Assembly (NCBI GenBank): GCA_043758065.1
Contig: JAYVOE010000079.1
Coordinates: 1 to 57,042, forward strand
DNA from: Spartobacteria bacterium
GTDB lineage: Bacteria; Verrucomicrobiota; Verrucomicrobiia; Chthoniobacterales; DASVRZ01
Length of the DNA: 57,042 bases
Direction: 5' to 3'
Part shown: positions 50,034 to 57,042 of the stretch, one piece after another
How positions within the stretch are numbered: position 1 is the stretch's first letter
Layout: each line of letters starts with the position of its first letter
Translations under genes and position numbers: made by a program
The notes under the pieces: model-generated
Told to the model about the DNA's origin: nothing
The model's input: the letters and a program-made list of their open reading frames with translations, nothing else
Database searches by the model: none

Positions 50034-52073
50034 TTATTTCGCGGCAATCGGCAGTTCCAGGATAAAGGATGCGCCGTGGCCAGGTCCTTCGCTCTCGGCG
50101 AGCAACGACCCGCCCATTTCTTGAGCAGCCAGCGCGCCAATGTGCAAGCCAAATCCGTGGCCGTCCGTTTTCGTGGTGAAGCCGTGGGAGAAAATACGGG
50201 TCAAATTATCCGGCGCGATGCCGCAGCCTTCGTCTTTGACGATGATTTTGACTCGATTATTGCCGTTCGGGCTGACGCTGACGGTGATTTTGCGGTCTTT
50301 TCTGGGGACGTCTTCCATCGCATTCTTCGAGTTGCGCAGGAGGTTGACGAGGATTTGCAGGACCTTGTGTTTCTCCACGGAGACGTTTGGCAAAGAATCG
50401 GCGTCTTTTCGGACGATTTTGATTCCATTCCGCGTAAATGACGGGGCGTTAATCTGAAGCGCGTCCTCGACAAGATCCTTCGGCGGAACGGATTCCACCA
50501 TGCCGGAAACCTTCGCGTAGCTCTGTTGCATCGAGACGATGTGTTTGATGTGCTCCACGTTTTTGATGAGCATGGTGAGCTCGTTGACCATGTCGACGTG
50601 CTCTTCGCTGAGATGCTCGGTGAGGCTGACGAGATAGGTCGGGAGCTGTTTTCCTTTTGGATCGCTCGACATGTATTTGCCGAGGTCGGCGCTGTTATCG
50701 CGCAATAATGCGGTGACTTTGATCAGGCTCGTGAGCTTCGAGTTTTTAATGAGATCGCCGAGGATGGTGGAGGAAACGTTGACGCTGTTCAGGACGTTGC
50801 CGACGTTGTGCAAAACGCCCGTGGCGACCTCGGCCATGCCGGCCTGACGCGAGATGTCGAGGAGCTGAAGCTGGAGCGTGTCGAGTTCCATTTCGGCCTG
50901 TTTCTGTTCGGTAACGTCGAGCAGAAAGCCGTGGGTGTAAGTATTTTTTTGAACCGGGTCACGGACGATTGCAGCCTGATCGCGGAACCAGTGTAACCGG
51001 CCGTAGCGGTCGTAAATGCGATACTCGCAGATAAACTGGTCGCCGTTGCGAGCCATCAATTCCGCCTTCGCGTCGAAAGTCTCGCGATCATCCGCATGGA
51101 GGCGTTCTTCCCAGATTTCCTTGTTACCGACAAATTCTTCCTGGGTAAAACCAAGGATTCCCTCGATCTGCGGGCTGACGTAGAACCAGTCTTTCGGATC
51201 GTCGCTCCGGGCGTTGTAAGTGATCATCGGCAGCTGCTCGACGAGCGTGCGATATTTCAATTCAGCGCTCCGCAAATCTTCCTCGACGCGTTTCCGCTCC
51301 GAGATTTCGTGCTCCATGGCGGCCACCTTTTTGTTCAATTCCTCCGGCACTTTTTGTAATGCCGCATCCTGGCCCTGCACTTCGTCCAGCATCCGGTTGA
51401 AAGCGTTCGTAAACGCTCCAATCTCGTCATTGCCGCCTTTGGGAGCGCGCAGGGAAAAATCCCGGCGCTCCGTGATCCCCTGGGCCGTTTTGAGTAATTC
51501 GAGAATCGGCTCGGAGATGATTCCTTGCAGACGCGAACCCAAAAAAAGCGACAATCCCACGGCCAGCGCCAGGATGACCAGGGTCGCACCCAGGTGAAAA
51601 TCAATCAGTTGCTGCGTGTTAAACCGGAAATCATAGACCAGTAAAAGTGATCCGAGTTGCAGTGTATTCTGCGTGATAGGCTGCCGCAGGATAAGGAATT
51701 GTTCCTTCCGCACCGAGCCATCTTGCGGCTCTTGCAAGGCCAGCGTTTTCGCATTGCCGAGATTGCCGGATTGAGAAAAAACCGTGTGGTTCGCGAGCTG
51801 GACCTGCGCAAAAATGACGCCCGGTCGATCCGTCAAGGCGTGCAGCAGATTCGTGCACGCCACAACATTCTTCATCTGGATCAATGGCGACGCACTGGCA
51901 GAAGTGATCCGCCCGAGGATTTCCAAGTCCCTCTGCGTCTCGCTCCGAGAGGTCAACCATTGATAGGAAAAAAAACAACCCGAGGCCAACACAACGGCTG
52001 CGGTGCTGGTCAATACCAGCATCAGCATCAGCTTTTTCGCCAGCGGAACGTTTCTAAAAATATGCATGCTCAC
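50034..52073 (-). CDS. membrane sensor histidine kinase (HAMP, PAS)
   Basis: Two TMs, HAMP (DEIG..AFNRML), PAS, GVLHNVGNVLNS, FTTKTDGHGFGL. Confidence 0.93.
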   Translation of the reverse strand: MSMHIFRNVPLAKKLMLMLVLTSTAAVVLASGCFFSYQWLTSRSETQRDLEILGRITSASASPLIQMKNVVACTNLLHALTDRPGVIFAQVQLANHTVFSQSGNLGNAKTLALQEPQDGSVRKEQFLILRQPITQNTLQLGSLLLVYDFRFNTQQLIDFHLGATLVILALAVGLSLFLGSRLQGIISEPILELLKTAQGITERRDFSLRAPKGGNDEIGAFTNAFNRMLDEVQGQDAALQKVPEELNKKVAAMEHEISERKRVEEDLRSAELKYRTLVEQLPMITYNARSDDPKDWFYVSPQIEGILGFTQEEFVGNKEIWEERLHADDRETFDAKAELMARNGDQFICEYRIYDRYGRLHWFRDQAAIVRDPVQKNTYTHGFLLDVTEQKQAEMELDTLQLQLLDISRQAGMAEVATGVLHNVGNVLNSVNVSSTILGDLIKNSKLTSLIKVTALLRDNSADLGKYMSSDPKGKQLPTYLVSLTEHLSEEHVDMVNELTMLIKNVEHIKHIVSMQQSYAKVSGMVESVPPKDLVEDALQINAPSFTRNGIKIVRKDADSLPNVSVEKHKVLQILVNLLRNSKNAMEDVPRKDRKITVSVSPNGNNRVKIIVKDEGCGIAPDNLTRIFSHGFTTKTDGHGFGLHIGALAAQEMGGSLLAESEGPGHGASFILELPIAAK

Positions 52074-52212
52074 TCTCTTTATCAGGGAATAGCAGCTTTG
52101 AAGCCAACGTATCCCCGGCAGCGATCATTTTAGAAGAATCGGTTCAAACTGCGGTGAAAACTCCCGCAATCGCAGATGCTCCGGGCTAAACGAGCCGAGC
52201 CAGTCGGTCTGG

Positions 52213-52512
52213 CTATTCTTCTTTTCCGCCATTTCGTTGGCGGTCCGCTGCAATTTTGAGAAAAACCGCCACGGCAAGTCCGAGAGCGACCAGCAGATAC
52301 GCAAAGGGACGCGTTCCGACGCTGGCAACCACTTGTTCTTCCAAATCGGCCGCGCGACTCGCTCCATTTCGCAGTCGATACCGCGCGCGCTTGGCCAGTT
52401 TTCCGGAGTTAACGATCAGCTTTTCCGCCACCTGCGCGCTCAGTTTTTGCAATTGCGTGAGGTCGTCACCGAGACATTCTGCGGCGCGTTCGATCAGTTT
52501 GGAACTCTGCAT
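52213..52512 (-). CDS. DUF883/ElaB-like tail-anchored protein
   Basis: Helical region then RPF..LVALGLAVAVFL C-terminal TM. Confidence 0.5.
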   Translation of the reverse strand: MQSSKLIERAAECLGDDLTQLQKLSAQVAEKLIVNSGKLAKRARYRLRNGASRAADLEEQVVASVGTRPFAYLLVALGLAVAVFLKIAADRQRNGGKEE

Positions 52513-52553
52513 AGTCCACCCATATCGCTCGAACTCGCATGGAGCAAACCGAA

Positions 52554-53051
52554 TTAGCCGATAACGTCCGGCAGCGGCGGCGGACTCTGCAAGGCGGGCG
52601 GAACTTTCCGCAAATAGTGAAATGCCATCCCGCCTTGATAAAGAATCGAAACGAATGCCAGCAGCGCGTAAGTGATGCGCAACATCGGCAGCAGCGTGTC
52701 CGCGGCATCGCCGTCGTAGGTCGGCAAAAGCGTAAGCAAGCTCGTGATTTCCTCAGGCAAAGCAGGAAGTGTCGGCGGATGCGCCAGACTGCGCAGGCAA
52801 TAAGAAAGAATCACGAAAAGCAGGCCAAGCTGCGAACCGACCAGCCAGCGCGTCGCCGCCAGATTTCCCGCGAGCAAAAAACGGCGACCCTGCAACTCGA
52901 TTCCGCCGAGTGATAGCAATGCAACTCCGATCAAAACCCCAGTCAGATCCCACCAAACCAAGGCGCAAACGAGACTAAGCACGCCCATTGCAATGAGACT
53001 CGCCCCATCAAAAAACGACAGCCGCGAAAGTTTGCGAAGTGAGCTGGACAT
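52554..53051 (-). CDS. hypothetical membrane protein
   Basis: About four hydrophobic segments, Pro-rich tail. Confidence 0.65.
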   Translation of the reverse strand: MSSSLRKLSRLSFFDGASLIAMGVLSLVCALVWWDLTGVLIGVALLSLGGIELQGRRFLLAGNLAATRWLVGSQLGLLFVILSYCLRSLAHPPTLPALPEEITSLLTLLPTYDGDAADTLLPMLRITYALLAFVSILYQGGMAFHYLRKVPPALQSPPPLPDVIG

Positions 53052-53094
53052 CCTGTCCAGTAGTAAGACCCCGGCCTCGGGGAATCACGAAAAA

Positions 53095-53168
53095 TCGGGG
53101 CGAAAGGATTCGAACCTTCGACCTCCTGGTCCCAAACCAGGCGCTCTACCAAGCTAAGCTACGCCCCG
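53095..53168 (-). tRNA. tRNA-Pro(TGG)
   Basis: CGGGGCG acceptor stem, D-loop TGGTA, anticodon loop TTTGGGA, GTTCGAATC T-loop; CCA not encoded. Confidence 0.97.
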
Positions 53169-53281
53169 ATATCTCTGATATTCAGCACTTTTGCCGAATG
53201 GCAGTTACTATGCCCGTCAGAAACGTAATGGCAAGCAGATTTGGGAAAGTCTTGAGACTATGTGGTCCGAGCGGTTCTTGA

Positions 53282-53914
53282 TTAGGATTTCCTGCAACGC
53301 GTGGACGAACTCGCCGTTATGCTGGGCATAGAAGACGGGTCGTTCAGATTCAGAAAAAAGGGTTTTTCCTCGTCCTTCAAATCGTAAACCGATGTTAGTT
53401 CGGAATTTACCATTTGAGTTAGATAGGATTGTAGGCTGCGTTCCCCGGATTCTAACATCGCCTCCAGCAATGTTAGACCGCCCTTGGCATAGACGGCGGC
53501 AAGTGGCTCGAAATAGCCGCCATTTCTGGGAACAATGGGGCGATTAAATGTTAGAAGCTTGCCGAGAAACCTAGACGACATCAGTGGGAGATCCACCGCC
53601 AGGACCACCACGCGGGGAGTGGTTACGTTGGTTAATACATTCGCAATCGCAGCCATGGGTCCTGCACTTTGCCTCACGTCCTGAACGACCCGTATTCCGC
53701 TCCCTTTCCAAGGGCCAGCTTCTGGACCGGAAATTAAAACTTCCATTGCGCCTAGCTCGCGCAACGTCTCGATCTGGTGCAGCCACAATGGCCTGCCATT
53801 CACATGAAGGAGCGCCTTGTCGAAACCCATGCGCCGAGATTTTCCGCCAGCTAACAATACCGCAGAAAAGGGATTATTCGCTCCGTCATGGACGTCATTG
53901 GAATGCTCATCCAT
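53282..53914 (-). CDS. mobA: molybdenum cofactor guanylyltransferase
   Basis: LAGGKSRRMGFDKA, GPMA, AVDLP, EPLAAVY, NLN; start uncertain. Confidence 0.88.
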   Translation of the reverse strand: MDEHSNDVHDGANNPFSAVLLAGGKSRRMGFDKALLHVNGRPLWLHQIETLRELGAMEVLISGPEAGPWKGSGIRVVQDVRQSAGPMAAIANVLTNVTTPRVVVLAVDLPLMSSRFLGKLLTFNRPIVPRNGGYFEPLAAVYAKGGLTLLEAMLESGERSLQSYLTQMVNSELTSVYDLKDEEKPFFLNLNDPSSMPSITASSSTRCRKS

Positions 53915-53924
53915 AGTGTTATCC

Positions 53925-54410
53925 ATGAATAGCAGAAGACCGGCCATTCGGCACATCTTCATCTCGCCTGAACATAACTTTTTTGGGCATCACAATCAGG
54001 AACCTGGACAGTGGCCGGCGCAGAGTTGTCTGGAAGTCGAATGCAAAAAAGGCAGCGGCCTGGTGGGCGACCGATATTTCAACCACAAGCCCGATTACAA
54101 AGGACAGATCACCTTTTTTGAATGGGAGACGTTCGTCCGGATCCGGGAGGAATTTGCCGTTCCCCATCTAGTTTCATCGGACTTCCGACGAAATGTAATC
54201 ACGTCGGGCTTGGATTTGAATGGGTTGATCGGGATTGAATTTGAACTGCAAGGCGTTCGATTTCTCGGAACCGAAGAGGCGCGTCCCTGCCATTGGATGA
54301 ACCGCGTGATCGCTGAGGGTGCCAAGGAAGCCCTGGAAGGAAGTGGAGGGCTGCGAGCAAAAATCCTCAGCGACGGTCGCTTGAGAGTGGATGCCTCGGA
54401 CGTTTCTTAA
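53925..54410 (+). CDS. MOSC domain protein
   Basis: GLVGDRY, FRRNVITSG, PCHWM, GGLRAKIL. Confidence 0.85.
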   Translation: MNSRRPAIRHIFISPEHNFFGHHNQEPGQWPAQSCLEVECKKGSGLVGDRYFNHKPDYKGQITFFEWETFVRIREEFAVPHLVSSDFRRNVITSGLDLNGLIGIEFELQGVRFLGTEEARPCHWMNRVIAEGAKEALEGSGGLRAKILSDGRLRVDASDVS

Positions 54411-54484
54411 CGCATCGCTGAATTACGAAGTGGGATTTGACTCTCACTCGAATGAAACAAAATTTCATCGGAGTTGCAGTGGAT

Positions 54485-55243
54485 TCAGAGGTTGAGTTGC
54501 TTTTGGCGGTAGTGTTCGTCGATGCGGTTGGCGATGCGGAAAACGTTGTCGGGTGTGAGTGAAATGGGGCCGCCGAGCGCGGCTGCGCCGACGTAGATGC
54601 GGGCCGATTTCTCGAGCATGAGCATGGCGGCCTCGGCAGCTTGTGGACTGGCGCCGAGCGTGATGGTGCCGTGATTTTGCAGAAGAATCACGCGCGGCGG
54701 CAGGCCGTGTTTTTGCAGAAACGCCTCGGTCTTTTCACGAATCAATTTGGCGAGGGTCAAGCCGGGATCGGTGTAAGGAATAAGGACGGATTCGCTGCCG
54801 CAACAGACGATTTCATCGGGAAAAAGCCGGGTGCTGGCGAAGCGTTCGGCGTGCGGCGAACAGAGGATCTGATTAACGCTGACCGGGTGGGTGTGAGCAA
54901 CGAATCGAATACCGGGCAGGGTGAGTAACCAGCCATGGAAAAGGCATTCGACACTGGGCTTTTTCGCGGTGTGATCGACCCGGCTATCAAGGAGATGTTC
55001 TTCGATTTCTTCGTCGGAAAACTCCGTTTCGCCGAAGAGGCGGAGGATGCGTTTGGTGGCGCATTCCACGAGGCCGGACTCGGCCAAAGTCGCTAGATTG
55101 GTCCCGCTGGCTTTGACCCAAAAGGAGTCGTCGCTGATTTTTCCCGAGGTGTTGCCTTCACCGAGAATGGCCAGTCCATGGGCAGGCGAGCCAACGGCAT
55201 GGGACAGGCCGAGAACGGCGTCGCGGATTTCGCTTTTTGTCAT
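54485..55243 (-). CDS. class II aldolase/adducin family protein
   Basis: GEGNTS, KASG, PSVE..FH, HTHP, LQNHG. Confidence 0.9.
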   Translation of the reverse strand: MTKSEIRDAVLGLSHAVGSPAHGLAILGEGNTSGKISDDSFWVKASGTNLATLAESGLVECATKRILRLFGETEFSDEEIEEHLLDSRVDHTAKKPSVECLFHGWLLTLPGIRFVAHTHPVSVNQILCSPHAERFASTRLFPDEIVCCGSESVLIPYTDPGLTLAKLIREKTEAFLQKHGLPPRVILLQNHGTITLGASPQAAEAAMLMLEKSARIYVGAAALGGPISLTPDNVFRIANRIDEHYRQKQLNL

Positions 55244-55254
55244 CGGAGTTAGAG

Positions 55255-56877
55255 TCAAATGTCACCGCAGAACGACACGTCGAGACCGAGCTCGTGCATG
55301 GCGGTGGCCTTGGCGTAAAGCCCCTTGATCGCACCGCGTTTGTCCGGTGCGTAAACGACCTGGATGTGATTCGCCGGGTGGCGCGCCATCATTTGATCGC
55401 GGGTGATGCCTTTCAAAACGGCGTGCATAATCGGCCATTGCGGCGTGGTCAGGTTCCAGCGATCCTGCGTTTCCTCGGGCGGAAGCTCGACGACTTCAGC
55501 GAGGCCGGTGTCGTATTTCAGCTCGCCATCGGCCACGAAAACGCGGCTCCAGACGATCCAGCCGGGTTTGCTGATGCCTTTGACCGTGCCGCCGCCGAGT
55601 CGGAAATACATCGACGGTTGACGTTCGCTCGAAGTGCCGGCCCAGCCGCCGACGAAATGTGCGGGTGGAGCAGCGCCGGAAATGAGGAAGACCCAGACGT
55701 AGGCGTTAAGATCTTTTTTCCCCGGGCCCGTGTAATGGCGGCCCCAACGGAGGTCGTGCAAGGTATTTTCGGGAGCGAAACCGAGTTCGCGCCAGAGTTT
55801 GTAAGTGATGAGCCCGTCGAGGCCGGCGCATTCGTCCACTTCGTTGAAATGCGGCAGCGCTTCGCCACGGTAGAGTTCGATGGAAGTCCCCTCACGAAAC
55901 ACCGGCGGCCGCTCGCAGTTGTTCAAGGTGCCCTCGACGAGATCGGATGCAGGCGCGAGATCTTTCAGCCCCTGCTGATATTGGATGCCGATCGTATCGC
56001 AGCCAAATTCATCGGCGATGCGGAGCGCAGCGATATACATTTTGCACTGCTGCAAGACTTGCTTCTCAGTCAGATCATTTTCCTCGCTCTTGCCGAAGTG
56101 AAATTTGACGCCGCGTTTGACATACCACTGGTAAACTTTCTTCGCCTCGACGTCGCTGACCGTCAGCATTTTCGCGTAAAGCGCCGACTGGCTGAGACGC
56201 TCTTTGAAGACGCCGGTTTCGTGCAGCAATTCGTCGGGAATAATCGCGTTATACATTCCCATGCAACCCTCATCAAAAACGCCCATGATGGCTTTATGCT
56301 CGCGGAAATGTTCGGCAAATTTCTTGCCAATCTTCTTCGCGCCTTCGGGAACCGTGACTTTTTTGTAGGACGTGACGTGATCGCAAGCGTGCTTCACCTG
56401 ACCTTTTTTCAGCCAGGTTTTGAGGCCGTGGAGAAAGGATTCGTCGTCGAAGTGTTCGCTCCAGAGCGTGGAAAATTTCACGCCGGCTTTGATCAGCGAG
56501 CCGTTCAGATTCAGCATCCCAACGAGTCCGGGCCAAGTGCCGCTCCAGTTGGCCACAGTCAAAATCGGGCCTTTATGCGTCAGCAATCCGTGCAAAATGT
56601 GATGCGAATATTGCCAGACGGCCTCGGCGACGATGAGTGGCGCATCTTTCGGGATATTGCGAAAAACTTCCATACCATATTTCTGGCTGTCGATGAAGCC
56701 GTGGCCTTTTTTCGGGTCGAATTTGTGCGCGCGCAGGACGTGATGACCGAGGTTTTCCACTGCGGAGATCAGCTGTTTTTCCATCGCAGTTTGAGCGGAT
56801 TCACACTTCTGGTTGGCCGCGGCGCGCAGGTCGCCGTTGGCGATGAGGTAGATGGTCGATGAATGAGACGTGGTCAT
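55255..56877 (-). CDS. L-fucose/L-arabinose isomerase-like protein
   Basis: WPGLVG, GIQYQQG, HFNEVDE, QWPIMH, ANHI. Confidence 0.75.
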   Translation of the reverse strand: MTTSHSSTIYLIANGDLRAAANQKCESAQTAMEKQLISAVENLGHHVLRAHKFDPKKGHGFIDSQKYGMEVFRNIPKDAPLIVAEAVWQYSHHILHGLLTHKGPILTVANWSGTWPGLVGMLNLNGSLIKAGVKFSTLWSEHFDDESFLHGLKTWLKKGQVKHACDHVTSYKKVTVPEGAKKIGKKFAEHFREHKAIMGVFDEGCMGMYNAIIPDELLHETGVFKERLSQSALYAKMLTVSDVEAKKVYQWYVKRGVKFHFGKSEENDLTEKQVLQQCKMYIAALRIADEFGCDTIGIQYQQGLKDLAPASDLVEGTLNNCERPPVFREGTSIELYRGEALPHFNEVDECAGLDGLITYKLWRELGFAPENTLHDLRWGRHYTGPGKKDLNAYVWVFLISGAAPPAHFVGGWAGTSSERQPSMYFRLGGGTVKGISKPGWIVWSRVFVADGELKYDTGLAEVVELPPEETQDRWNLTTPQWPIMHAVLKGITRDQMMARHPANHIQVVYAPDKRGAIKGLYAKATAMHELGLDVSFCGDI

Positions 56878-56904
56878 ATTTTTATAGAGAAGTTAGCCAG
56901 CGAA

Positions 56905-57042
56905 TCAGCGCCCGTAAAGACACTGCGTGAGGTAGCCGGAGATTGCAGTCGCGCGATTTTCTGAGCGGAGTTGCAGTAGTTTCTGGCGATCCACTGCGAG
57001 GGCGCGTTCCCAGAGCCAGCTGAGGTTGTCGCCGCTGACGGT
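56905..57042 (-). CDS. 3' end of a gene extending beyond the window
   Basis: Open frame TVSGDNLSWLWERAL..TQCLYGR* co-oriented with the downstream genes. Confidence 0.4.
   Translation of the reverse strand, partial: TVSGDNLSWLWERALAVDRQKLLQLRSENRATAISGYLTQCLYGR

Noticed and set aside
53095-53168. tRNA-Pro as an island integration site
   Set aside because: No duplicate of its 3' end and no integrase seen in the window

Overview
Bacterial chromosomal window, probably Verrucomicrobiota (Chthoniobacterales-like; inferred from gene content and protein sequences). The core consists of pfkB-thiE-accC-accB, tatA, a str/S10/spc/alpha ribosomal super-operon (7.7-25.4 kb), Mrp, a circularly permuted ATP-grasp/alpha-E/transglutaminase cluster, dksA-like-rpmG-rpsR, prfC, pyrF, ispE, a two-kinase signalling pair, tRNA-Pro, mobA/MOSC and sugar aldolase/isomerase genes. 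The super-operon lacks tuf, rpsN, rpmD, infA, rpoA and rplQ here and has a non-ribosomal gene between rpsS and rplV. Accessory DNA includes a RAYT transposase with flanking REPs, three REP families, TA modules, a 59-bp prfC 5' duplication bounding a mini-island, and a REP-punctuated patchwork (44.5-47.7 kb) with an attC-like site and gene fragments. Two signals stand out. (1) A ~26-bp non-palindromic motif (WWWN-TSAKYS-GAGTT-VSA-N4-WWTC) found by eye about 38 times on both strands, in intergenic DNA, over stop codons and inside genes; it is a candidate DNA-uptake or chromosome-architecture sequence. (2) Three degenerate 21(-22)-nt-period arrays, each next to a REP element and an uncharacterised helical-protein gene or gene remnant. 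All counts and alignments were done by eye; no searches were run.
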